Part shown: one piece after another, positions 39,925 to 48,670 of the stretch
How positions within the stretch are numbered: the stretch's first letter is position 1
Layout: every line of letters begins with the position of its first letter
Program-made: the position numbers and the translations under genes
Notes under the pieces: generated by a model
What the model was told of the DNA's origin: nothing
Databases searched by the model: none
What the model saw: the letters and a program-made list of their open reading frames with translations, nothing else
Source: Bacteroidota bacterium
GTDB lineage: Bacteria; Bacteroidota; Bacteroidia; AKYH767-A; OLB10
Direction of reading: 5' to 3'
Assembly: GCA_019136655.1 (NCBI GenBank)
Contig: JAGVTU010000003.1
Location: forward strand, 28,098 to 92,097
DNA: 64,000 nucleotides

Positions 39925-40353
39925 ATGCAAAAAATAGTAATTGGCAGCGATCATGCAGGTTTTGAAATGAAGGAAAAGATTAAAAAATCCTTTGCTTCTA
40001 AATATGAGTTTACAGATAAAGGAACATACAGTGCTGATTCTGTTGACTATCCTGATTATGCACACCAAGTGGCAGAAGCTGTAGTTTCCGGGAGTTTTGA
40101 AAAAGGAATTTTGCTATGCGGCAGTGGCAATGGTGTGGCAATGGCTGCCAACAAACACCACGGTATCAGAGCTGCACTTTGCTGGACTCCTGAAATTGCA
40201 AGTCTTGCCCGGCAACATAATGATGCCAACATTCTTTGCATTCCCGCACGGTTTGTAGATGAAAAAACAGCTTTTGAAATGATTGAAAGATTTTTTGATA
40301 TTTCATTCGAAGGAGGAAGACATCTCAAGCGTGTTGAAAAAATTGACTGTTAA
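39925..40353 (+). CDS. rpiB: ribose 5-phosphate isomerase B
   Basis: IGSDHAGFEMKE ... LCGSGNGVAMAANK is the canonical RpiB/LacAB motif pair. Confidence 0.9.
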   Translation: MQKIVIGSDHAGFEMKEKIKKSFASKYEFTDKGTYSADSVDYPDYAHQVAEAVVSGSFEKGILLCGSGNGVAMAANKHHGIRAALCWTPEIASLARQHNDANILCIPARFVDEKTAFEMIERFFDISFEGGRHLKRVEKIDC

Positions 40354-40365
40354 CAAGCCATATAA

Positions 40366-41070
40366 ATGAAAAAGCTAATTCTGATAATTTTAATTTTTGT
40401 TGCAGTAAAAACAGAAGCACAACGCCAAGACATTGCCAGAGATTCTGTAATGAAAACAAGTCATTTCAATGTATCTCTTATGGGCGGATTAAGCTGGCGT
40501 GTGGCACAAACAGACCCTGCAGCAAACAAAATTGAGAAGGCATATATTAAAGACCTGAAAAGCGGAAAGAGTTTTTCCATTGCAGCACGATACTTTTTTA
40601 AAAAGAAATTTGGTGTTGGGCTTAAATTTAACACACATCTGTCTAAAGTGCAGTTTAACGACCTTTACATGGAGTATAACGGTCAGAATTATTATGGCAG
40701 TTTATCAGATGACATAGCCATCAATTCTTACGCAGCTGTTTTCAGCGGGCGGATTTATAACCGTTCTCACTCAGGCTGTTTTACTTTTGACGGAGGGCTG
40801 GCATTTATGACCTACCGCGATAATGCACGAATTGCTCAAAACAAAATTCTTGTAGAAGGATTGACAGCAGGTATCAATTTATCTGCAGGTTATGCACTCT
40901 CACTCACCAGAAATATAGCAGTAACGTTGGGGTTTGATTATGTTATGGGAACTTTAACAGAATATGATCAGACTGAAAACGGAGTTAAAAGCCGCATTAC
41001 TCTTGACGAAAATCAGGCTCAGGGGTTAACTCACATTGATGTGATGGCGGGACTCATCATTAGTTTCTGA
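40366..41070 (+). CDS. outer-membrane beta-barrel protein (hypothetical)
   Basis: Signal peptide. Alternating amphipathic beta strands. C-terminal aromatic residue (ISF). Confidence 0.5.
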   Translation: MKKLILIILIFVAVKTEAQRQDIARDSVMKTSHFNVSLMGGLSWRVAQTDPAANKIEKAYIKDLKSGKSFSIAARYFFKKKFGVGLKFNTHLSKVQFNDLYMEYNGQNYYGSLSDDIAINSYAAVFSGRIYNRSHSGCFTFDGGLAFMTYRDNARIAQNKILVEGLTAGINLSAGYALSLTRNIAVTLGFDYVMGTLTEYDQTENGVKSRITLDENQAQGLTHIDVMAGLIISF

Positions 41071-41089
41071 TTTGTACCTTAAGGTAATT

Positions 41090-41857
41090 CTAAAAATCTT
41101 TCCTGATAAATTTACGGATAGCAGCAATTGTCGGAACAATAATCCACACAATTAATATTGCAAAAATTACAACCGATCCTTTTTGTGAGCCCAAAAACTC
41201 TTTGAACAATGCACCGCTGTAGCCCATTAGTGCAGAGTAATCGGTGTGAATCAAAATTAAAATACGTGAAATATCAACGGGGTTGAACGAACTGAGCACA
41301 ATGATTAATTTTTCAATAGGATAATCGCTGAACTGAAACATGATTAACAGCAGAATACCATCGTAAAGAATTGAAAAAAACAACCAAATGAAAATAGCCA
41401 TACCAATTCCTTTGGCTTTATCTCTGGTAATGACAGAACCAAAAAATGCAAGTGATGTGAAAATAAGCGTGAGCAATGCACCTGTTATAATAAACAACAA
41501 GCCAATTTTATCGGGAGAATAAATTAAAACAGGAATTCCTGCACCTACAATAAATGCAGTAACCAGTGATAATGATACTGCTGCATAAATACTGGTGATT
41601 AATTTTTTTCTGGAAATGGGTTGCGCCACCAGCAGCTCAATAAACTCACCTGAATTGAAAATATAAATGGTGCTGTAAATTAAACTTACCAAAGGCACTA
41701 TAAACAGAATAATATTAAGCAGACTTAAAATACCTTTTGTGGTATTGTTATCCAGATTAAAAATGCCGAAACAGGTTAAAAACAAAAAGAGCAAATAAGT
41801 AAGCACAACCTTACTTTTCAGTATATCAATGGTAACGTACTTGACAATCTTATTCAT
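41090..41857 (-). CDS. nosY: ABC-2 type permease, NosY-like
   Basis: 6-TM permease overlapping the upstream NosF ATPase by 4 nt. Last gene of the nos cluster. Confidence 0.65.
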   Translation of the reverse strand: MNKIVKYVTIDILKSKVVLTYLLFLFLTCFGIFNLDNNTTKGILSLLNIILFIVPLVSLIYSTIYIFNSGEFIELLVAQPISRKKLITSIYAAVSLSLVTAFIVGAGIPVLIYSPDKIGLLFIITGALLTLIFTSLAFFGSVITRDKAKGIGMAIFIWLFFSILYDGILLLIMFQFSDYPIEKLIIVLSSFNPVDISRILILIHTDYSALMGYSGALFKEFLGSQKGSVVIFAILIVWIIVPTIAAIRKFIRKDF

Positions 41858-42561
41858 AAGGTTTTTAAAATTGAAGTAATTACTTTTGAAACAGACTTTT
41901 CACCGGTGCGGTGCTGAAGTTCTTCAATGCCTGAGTGAAACACCAGATTACCTTCGCGCAGATACATTATTTCTGATACCAACTCATCCAACTCACTGAG
42001 TATATGCGAAGTGATGAGAATAATTTTTCCTTTGCTTCGTTCGTGTTTGATTTTTTCTTTCAGTATTTCAGAAGATAAAGGATCAAGGCCGGCAGTAGGT
42101 TCATCCAGAATAATTATTTCAGGAGAAAACAAAAATGCAAGACAGGCACTTACCTTTTGAGTGGTACCACCCGACAGTGTGCCCATACGTTTGGAGAATA
42201 AAGCTTTCAAGCCGAAAGCTTCCATCAGTTCAGTGTCAGCACTGCTCAAGGCTGTTTTTCTTATTTCAAGAATCATATCGAACACCTGCTGAATGGTCAT
42301 ATTCTGTGGATAACGACCTATCTGTGGCATATATCCAATGATGTTGCGGTATTTATAATCTCCTTTGATAGACTGATTGTTTATTTCAATCGTTCCCGAA
42401 TCCGGAATCAGCATTCCGAGCAGACATTTGATAAAAGTAGTTTTGCCGGAAGCGTTAGGACCCAGTAGTGCTACAGAATTACTTTTCTTTATCTGAACAG
42501 AAATATCCTTAAGCACATGCAGCTTACCGAATTTCTTGTTAACGTTTTTTATATCTATCAC
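41854..42561 (-). CDS. nosF: ABC transporter ATP-binding protein, NosF-like
   Basis: Walker A (GPNASGKTT), signature motif LSGGTTQK, Walker B (IILDEP). Sits between nosD and nosY. Confidence 0.8.
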   Translation of the reverse strand: MIDIKNVNKKFGKLHVLKDISVQIKKSNSVALLGPNASGKTTFIKCLLGMLIPDSGTIEINNQSIKGDYKYRNIIGYMPQIGRYPQNMTIQQVFDMILEIRKTALSSADTELMEAFGLKALFSKRMGTLSGGTTQKVSACLAFLFSPEIIILDEPTAGLDPLSSEILKEKIKHERSKGKIILITSHILSELDELVSEIMYLREGNLVFHSGIEELQHRTGEKSVSKVITSILKTL

Positions 42562-43859
42562 ATCTTTACCGGTTTTATCAGAGGAGTGTTGTCAACCAGG
42601 TTTTCAGGAGTGATACTTGGAATGATTTTTTCGCTCTGATCGAGTAGAAAAACTATAAAACTTCTCAAAAATACGGATGCTACGGGAATATTTTCAATGA
42701 CCATGCTGAATAAACTGATTGGGCGGTAAGGAACATCACCAACACCATCACGTTTTAAGTCATAACCATCATATTTATCCCAGAAGTTTCCGTTAAAATT
42801 ATTTAATACAAGGCTTCCATTGGTTGCAACATCAAATGTGTTTTCAAAAAAATTATTGTTGTTAACATTATTGTTATTACAACTTGCCTGTATGCGGATG
42901 GCATATCCATTTCTCAGAAATTTATTGTTGGTTACATCTATTCTGTTAGTACCTTCCAGATAAATACCAATGGTATTTTGTTCAAAAACATTATCTCTGA
43001 TGATACCGTCATTTATTTCTTTCAGTAGCAGCCCATATGTAGATTCACCCTGATTAAACAGAAAGTGATTCTTAAACATGTGGATATTATTTGAAAACAT
43101 TACTGCCACACCTGCACCATTTTTTTCGAATGTATTGTTAATGTATTCATCGTTGTTTGAAAACATAAAGTGTAACCCATAACGAATGTTACTCTTGCAA
43201 TAATTATCAGTGATGGTGGAATGTTGAACAAATTCAAAATAAATACCATCCCGATGACCCGTAATATTGTTATTTGCTATTTTAGCATAACTGTTCTTCC
43301 AGAGATGAATGCCATTTCCGGTTGTTTGTTCGTCATTACCCGGAACACCTCTTATCTGGTTGTATGTAATACTAAAATTGTCGCATCCTGCAATGTAAAT
43401 GGCAAAATGTGTATTAAGAATGGTATTTTTTGTAATTAAGAACTGACGGCTGTCAATTACTTTAATGGCGGCTAGATCTTTTAATGACGAAAATCCTGAA
43501 TACTGAAATGTAAGTCCTGAGACAACCACACCGGCAACATCTTTTATAGTAAGAATTTCATAAGTGCCCTCACCATCCAGCACCGGATTGTTTTTACCCA
43601 GAAGGGTAATTTTTTTCTTTATTACAATATTTTTTTCTTTGTAAATACCGCCATTTACCACAATGGTATCTCCATCTTTGGCAATGTCAACAGCATTTTT
43701 TATGGTGGTTATTTTATCACGGCCCGAAACGTTGATCACTTCTGCATGAAGTGGCAACATGAAAAATAAAAAAACAACAGAAAAGAAAAGACAGCGTATC
43801 CAACTAAGGAAATGCAGCCAAAACCTTTTCCCAATTACAAATTTCTCCACCGTATTCAT
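42558..43859 (-). CDS. nosD: nitrous oxide reductase maturation protein NosD (periplasmic right-handed beta-helix)
   Basis: Repeated parallel-beta-helix units (N.I....GI.L). Size and position match NosD. Confidence 0.8.
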   Translation of the reverse strand: MNTVEKFVIGKRFWLHFLSWIRCLFFSVVFLFFMLPLHAEVINVSGRDKITTIKNAVDIAKDGDTIVVNGGIYKEKNIVIKKKITLLGKNNPVLDGEGTYEILTIKDVAGVVVSGLTFQYSGFSSLKDLAAIKVIDSRQFLITKNTILNTHFAIYIAGCDNFSITYNQIRGVPGNDEQTTGNGIHLWKNSYAKIANNNITGHRDGIYFEFVQHSTITDNYCKSNIRYGLHFMFSNNDEYINNTFEKNGAGVAVMFSNNIHMFKNHFLFNQGESTYGLLLKEINDGIIRDNVFEQNTIGIYLEGTNRIDVTNNKFLRNGYAIRIQASCNNNNVNNNNFFENTFDVATNGSLVLNNFNGNFWDKYDGYDLKRDGVGDVPYRPISLFSMVIENIPVASVFLRSFIVFLLDQSEKIIPSITPENLVDNTPLIKPVKM

Positions 43860-44235
43860 TTAAAAGCTTCCGAGCGTTTTCTTCTGATGAAAAAGCAGCA
43901 AACCCACTATTCATCGGAGTGCGAATATCGGCACTTTTCAGAAAAACGGCATTTGCTGCTTCTAACAAATCAGTCTTATCAAAATAATTTACAACTAAAA
44001 CATGACTATACTGTACTTCTTTATTTTCAGGCAAAGCTTTCCACTGTATCATGCAGTTTACATCGTCAAACTTATAAATACGGCCTTTATTGGTAATCAA
44101 CTCTGCACCAAAACGTGTATCTGCTACAGGCATTTTACAGTGATGGCAACTGTCTTTTCCGGCAACAAGGGGTTCCGGTTTCTGCGCACAAGAGGTAAAT
44201 ACCAATACAAATAACAGCAAGAACAATTTTTTCAT
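43804..44235 (-). CDS. nosL: copper chaperone lipoprotein NosL
   Basis: Lipoprotein signal (FTSC). CHHCKMPV metal-binding motif. 143 aa, immediately upstream of nosD. Confidence 0.6.
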   Translation of the reverse strand: MKKLFLLLFVLVFTSCAQKPEPLVAGKDSCHHCKMPVADTRFGAELITNKGRIYKFDDVNCMIQWKALPENKEVQYSHVLVVNYFDKTDLLEAANAVFLKSADIRTPMNSGFAAFSSEENARKLLNEYGGEICNWEKVLAAFP

Positions 44236-44813
44236 TACGCTGCTTTATGTTTTCGCCATTCGATAAACCAAACAACAGCCGCAATGACTACAGAGCCTGC
44301 AACAATATAACCTCCCAAATCGGGCATTGAAAATGCATCAAAATTCAACAATTGTTTATGACCAATAATTGGAGGCTGATACGACATGCCCGGAACCTGA
44401 ATAGGAGCATCAGGGCTCAGGTTATGTCCATAGTCGTAAGTCCACTGATAAAAATCGTACATTGCTAAAACACCTCCTAATGCAGAAACAATCAGGTAGC
44501 TGAATAAGAGTTTGCGACTTCCGGTAATTGCAACCAGCAAACCATAAATAATGAATGCCGCTACAATATAAACAAGGTATGAAAATTCCGGAAACATATC
44601 AACACTTATTTTTTTCATTCCGATATAATGATTCAAACCATTGATGATATCAACATCACCGGTAAGTTTATTAAACCATATATTCATCATTAACCCTTCC
44701 GGATATTGTGGCGCGAACAAATCTATCCGCCAGATAGGAGTGAAATAAGAAATAATAATAGCTAAAGAACATAAAGCGATTATTACTCTGGAAAGGCCAC
44801 TTAGCTTTTGCAT
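44235..44813 (-). CDS. 4-TM membrane protein, NosB-like
   Basis: Integral membrane protein in the slot that NosB occupies in clade-II nos clusters. Confidence 0.4.
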   Translation of the reverse strand: MQKLSGLSRVIIALCSLAIIISYFTPIWRIDLFAPQYPEGLMMNIWFNKLTGDVDIINGLNHYIGMKKISVDMFPEFSYLVYIVAAFIIYGLLVAITGSRKLLFSYLIVSALGGVLAMYDFYQWTYDYGHNLSPDAPIQVPGMSYQPPIIGHKQLLNFDAFSMPDLGGYIVAGSVVIAAVVWFIEWRKHKAA

Positions 44814-44836
44814 ATAAAGGATGTTATTTTGAATTA

Positions 44837-45406
44837 TTAATTACCGGGAGGTAGCAATACGGCATCTACAACATGAATAATACCATTTGCTGCTGGAATA
44901 GTGGCTATTATATTTGCCTGATTATTTACCATTATCTTTCCATCTTTAACAGAAAGGCTAATGTTTTTTGAATTAGCCTGATTGATACTTTGTCCATCAG
45001 AGAACATTTCAGGCTTAAATACTCCAACAGAAACATGGTACTCCAATATATCCTGAAGCTTTGCTTTGTTTTCTGGTTTCATAAGGTCTTCCACAGTTCC
45101 TTTTGGTAATTTATTGAAAGCATCGTTGGTGGGTGCAAATACAGTAAATGGTCCTGCATTTGATAATACTGTTACCAGTTCAGCCTGTTTGAGCGCAGCT
45201 ACCAATGTTGAATGGTCAGCCGAACCAACGGCAATTTTAACAACATCTTTTTGAGAATCATTATCCTGAACCGCTTCTTGTCCTCCTGCAGGAGATTCCT
45301 GAGCAGTGGTGCTTTCACCGTTTGTTTTATTTTCAGCTGCGGGAGGGTTGCATGCATATACCAATGCTGCAATCATTACTAAATAAAATAATTTATACTT
45401 TCTCAT
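44837..45406 (-). CDS. fasciclin (FAS1) domain lipoprotein
   Basis: Lipoprotein signal (VYAC). FAS1 motifs TVFAPTNDAF and HVVDAVLLP. Confidence 0.75.
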   Translation of the reverse strand: MRKYKLFYLVMIAALVYACNPPAAENKTNGESTTAQESPAGGQEAVQDNDSQKDVVKIAVGSADHSTLVAALKQAELVTVLSNAGPFTVFAPTNDAFNKLPKGTVEDLMKPENKAKLQDILEYHVSVGVFKPEMFSDGQSINQANSKNISLSVKDGKIMVNNQANIIATIPAANGIIHVVDAVLLPPGN

Positions 45407-45469
45407 TGTGTTTTGGTATTATTCGCCTCATTGCTATGTTAACATAGCAATGAGGCGAAGGTTTATTAA

Positions 45470-47461
45470 TTATAGTTTATCATCTTCAGATTTTGGCTGA
45501 TTAGTTCCTGTGCTGAAATGTAAAGGAACATTGTTATTAGGAGCACTGATTCGGATATAACCTTGCATTTCCTGATGCAAAGCTGAACAGAAGTCGGTAC
45601 AATAAATTGGATAAACACCAACTTTCTCAGGCTTCCAAACAAGTGTTTGTGTTTCGCCCGGCATAATAAGCAATTCAGCATTGTTAGCACCCTTTACAGC
45701 AAACCCATGTGGTACGTCCCAATCTTGTTCCAAATTAGTAACGTGGAAGTAAACTACATCACCCAACTTCACGCCTTCAATGTTATCAGGAGTAAGATGT
45801 GAGCGTATTGCAGTCATATAAATATGCACTTCGTTGCCTTTACGTTCAACTTTGGCTTCTTTATCGCCCATGGTTACATAAGGATGTTTATTTTCTTCAA
45901 TTTTATAAAACTTAACAGAGTTCTTCGACACTATATCAGCAGGAATTGCTTCAGCGTAGTGAGGCTCGCCTATAGTTGGGAAGTCAAGTATCATTTTCAT
46001 TTTGTCACCACTGATATCATACAACTGAGCACTCTGACATAATTCAGGTCCTGTTGGCAGATAACGGTCTTTGGTAATTTTGTTGTAAGCTATTAGATAT
46101 TTACCCCATGGCTTTTTGGTAGGCCCACCGGGTACACTCAGGTGTCCAACAGAGTAATAAGTAGGAGCACGATCTAATACCTGAAGGTCGCTCACACGCC
46201 ACTTAACAACTTCAGAAGATACGAACATAGAAGTATAAGCATTACCGTTAGCATCAAACTCTGTGTGCAATGGTCCTAAGCCAGGTTTTTTAACTTCACC
46301 ATGTAATACGGCATCATATTTTAACACCGGAATACCCGCATAGTCACCTTCAAATGTTTTCTTATCTATAGCATCCAGCATTTTAGTGAATGAGAACACA
46401 GGAATAACTGCAGCAAGTTTTCCACTACCTACAATATATTCTCCTGTTGGGTCGGTATCACATCCATGCGGGTTTTTGGGACAAGGCATGAAATAAACCA
46501 TGTCAGGACAATCTTTTGGGTCGAGCATAATCACTTCTTTCTCCATTACTGAAGTTGCAGTATGAGTATGTTCGTCAAAGGTATTGTGAGCATAATTTAC
46601 ACTTTTCTTAATACCTTTTCCGGCTTTTACATATTCTTCTGCTTTTTTCCAGTTAACAGCCATAATGAAGTCTTTATCATTTTTGGCAGAGTTTACTTCA
46701 AGAAGTGTGTTTGCTCTTTCTGTATTATAACAACTTACAAAAAACCATCCGTGAGATTTTCCTTTTCCTGCTCTTGCCAGGTCAAAGTCAACACCCGGTA
46801 ACAGAATCTGAAATGCAAGGTTCATTTTACCTGTTTCTTTATCAACACCGATTAAGCTAATGGTAGCTTTAAAGTTATCTTTATACGTATTGATAGGCAC
46901 ATCATTATTATTATCAGACATTGGCACGGCAAAACGAGTTCCTGCAATAACATACTCTGAATTCTCTGTAATAAATGGAGAGGAGTGGTTACCTGCACTG
47001 TTAGGAATTTCAATAATTTCAGCCGTTTTGAAAGACTTCATATCAATTCTTGCAATACGCGGAGTATTGTTTCCGTTTCCAAAAGCCCATCTTCCATCAT
47101 GCACACCATCAGTCTCTGATAAGGCAATATGATGTAAGTCGTCCCAAGGAACAAATCCATGAGAAGTGTTGAGCATAGGCTTTGTTTCTTCGCTGTAACC
47201 GTAGCCTTTTTCTGGATCTACAGAAAATACAGGGATAACTCTAAAAAGCCTTCCTGAAGGAATACCATAAACTGACATTTGGCCGCTGAAACCTCCGGAA
47301 ACGAAGTTGTAAAACTCATCGTATTTTCCGGGAGCCACATAAACCTTTTGAGCAGCGTCTCCTGACGTAGTAGTACTTACGTTTTTGGGTTTACAGGAGA
47401 AGACGGTTGTTGCAAACGCTATTGCAAGCAGCGATAACGTTTTTAATTCTGATTGTCTCAT
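45470..47461 (-). CDS. nosZ: nitrous-oxide reductase NosZ, Sec-dependent (clade II)
   Basis: Sec/lipoprotein-type signal, not Tat. Seven-bladed propeller region with His-rich CuZ ligand segments. C-terminal cupredoxin CuA site CTDFCSALHQEM (C-x2-FC-x3-H-x2-M). Confidence 0.9.
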   Translation of the reverse strand: MRQSELKTLSLLAIAFATTVFSCKPKNVSTTTSGDAAQKVYVAPGKYDEFYNFVSGGFSGQMSVYGIPSGRLFRVIPVFSVDPEKGYGYSEETKPMLNTSHGFVPWDDLHHIALSETDGVHDGRWAFGNGNNTPRIARIDMKSFKTAEIIEIPNSAGNHSSPFITENSEYVIAGTRFAVPMSDNNNDVPINTYKDNFKATISLIGVDKETGKMNLAFQILLPGVDFDLARAGKGKSHGWFFVSCYNTERANTLLEVNSAKNDKDFIMAVNWKKAEEYVKAGKGIKKSVNYAHNTFDEHTHTATSVMEKEVIMLDPKDCPDMVYFMPCPKNPHGCDTDPTGEYIVGSGKLAAVIPVFSFTKMLDAIDKKTFEGDYAGIPVLKYDAVLHGEVKKPGLGPLHTEFDANGNAYTSMFVSSEVVKWRVSDLQVLDRAPTYYSVGHLSVPGGPTKKPWGKYLIAYNKITKDRYLPTGPELCQSAQLYDISGDKMKMILDFPTIGEPHYAEAIPADIVSKNSVKFYKIEENKHPYVTMGDKEAKVERKGNEVHIYMTAIRSHLTPDNIEGVKLGDVVYFHVTNLEQDWDVPHGFAVKGANNAELLIMPGETQTLVWKPEKVGVYPIYCTDFCSALHQEMQGYIRISAPNNNVPLHFSTGTNQPKSEDDKL

Positions 47462-47489
47462 ATTATATTTATATATTTAATTCCTAAAT

Positions 47490-47984
47490 TTATTTTACTC
47501 CGTCATTTTCGCGCATAAACTCATACACATGACGGGCATCATCATCTGTCAATCCCTGATTGGGCATACGCACCAAGCATTCCTCTAATAAACCCTGTGC
47601 AATTGCATCGGTATCGAGCATTTCATCAGGATTTGTAGAGAAGTTCATAATCCACTCTGCAGTACGTTTTTTAGTAACATCTTTCCATCCCGGTCCAACA
47701 AGCTTTTCGTCTGTGAGACGGTGACAGGCAGAACATTTTACATCATAAATTTTCTTTCCGGCATCTGCCATTTGTTTATCAAGGGTAGGACTTACTTCAA
47801 CATTTGTAAATTTACCTACACCTTTATTTTCATCCGAAGCTTGTACTTCTTCGGCTTCTTTTACCAACTCTTTTGAATCAGTTGGTTCTTCTTTTTTTTG
47901 TTCGTTGCTTCCACAAGCATAAAATGCTATGATTGCAGTAAGAACAACCATGGTTTTAAGTGTTAAATTTTTAATGGATTTCAT
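47490..47984 (-). CDS. mono-heme c-type cytochrome (nos-associated)
   Basis: Signal peptide. A single CSACH heme-binding motif. Immediately upstream of nosZ, as in clade-II clusters. Confidence 0.75.
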   Translation of the reverse strand: MKSIKNLTLKTMVVLTAIIAFYACGSNEQKKEEPTDSKELVKEAEEVQASDENKGVGKFTNVEVSPTLDKQMADAGKKIYDVKCSACHRLTDEKLVGPGWKDVTKKRTAEWIMNFSTNPDEMLDTDAIAQGLLEECLVRMPNQGLTDDDARHVYEFMRENDGVK

Positions 47985-48056
47985 ATTTAATCTGATTTAT
48001 ATTAATGACGGTACAAAAGTAAAAAAGAGATTAAGTGCGCACATATATAACAAGGA

Positions 48057-48090
48057 TGATAATTATCAACAAATAATTTGATAATTATCT
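48057..48090 (-). promoter_or_regulatory. two tandem copies of the 12-bp palindrome TGATAATTATCA (second copy 11/12), 22 bp centre to centre, upstream of the cytochrome c-nosZ operon
   Basis: 48057-48068 is TGATAATTATCA, a perfect palindrome. 48079-48090 is TGATAATTATCT. On the minus strand a Bacteroidota -7 box TACTTTTG (48014-48021) lies about 30 nt upstream of the cytochrome c ATG. The palindromes sit about 35-75 nt upstream of that box. Confidence 0.5.
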
Positions 48091-48170
48091 GATTGCACAC
48101 CCCCAATACATCCTAAATGACCGATTTTGAAGTATTCAAAAAATATTGAACAAAATGCAGCTATTTTTCA

Positions 48171-48551
48171 CTAACAACTAATACGGTAAACAATCCATGT
48201 ATAAAAGAAAGACAACACCAATGAACCAACAACAAGTATTGTAGCTCTTACAACATCTTTTTTATGGCAATGATGGTCGTCCACATTTTCAAGATTACCC
48301 AATTCTTTAAAATTATATAGACTGAAAAACGCAAAAAGGATACAAAACCGGGTAAGAACTTCAATGAATAAAACGATGGTTGCAAAAGTGGCAATCATCA
48401 ATAAAACGGCCAACCACTTAGCACAGGCCAAACGCACTGCAATGGTCAGCAATACGGAAATAAAAAGAAATAAGAACAGGAATTTCTGCCTTACCCTAAC
48501 TTCTTTTTCGCCTATATTACAACATCCTGCAAGATAGCCTTTGTCCGACAT
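48171..48551 (-). CDS. hypothetical small membrane protein (possibly DUF2892-like)
   Basis: Two or three TM helices. N-terminal NIGEKEVRVRQ weakly resembles the YgaP/DUF2892 NIGxxDRxxR motif. CC and HHCH cysteine/histidine clusters. Confidence 0.35.
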   Translation of the reverse strand: MSDKGYLAGCCNIGEKEVRVRQKFLFLFLFISVLLTIAVRLACAKWLAVLLMIATFATIVLFIEVLTRFCILFAFFSLYNFKELGNLENVDDHHCHKKDVVRATILVVGSLVLSFFYTWIVYRISC

Positions 48552-48670
48552 GCATTATGATTTTTATCCCATTAAACATAATATATGTGTAGTTGTTTGC
48601 TGATAAATAATTTTTAAAGTCAAAAATATAGCCTTTGACTTTTTTATTTTCACGGCCAAAATCAGATTGA

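Noticed and set aside
41071-41089. 12-bp perfect palindrome TACCTTAAGGTA between the convergent OMP and nosY genes as a bidirectional terminator
   Set aside because: There is no loop and no flanking T-run, so the stem would be very short and AT-rich. This is more likely coincidence or a weak pause site.
45466-45690. 74-aa ORF overlapping the 3' end of nosZ
   Set aside because: Alternate frame of nosZ. Spurious.
48057-48090. Interpretation of the tandem palindromes as an FNR/NnrR box
   Set aside because: The FNR consensus is TTGAT-N4-ATCAA. Here the half-sites occur as ATCAA-N8-TTGAT, the opposite orientation and spacing. The element is therefore reported only as an unassigned operator-like sequence.
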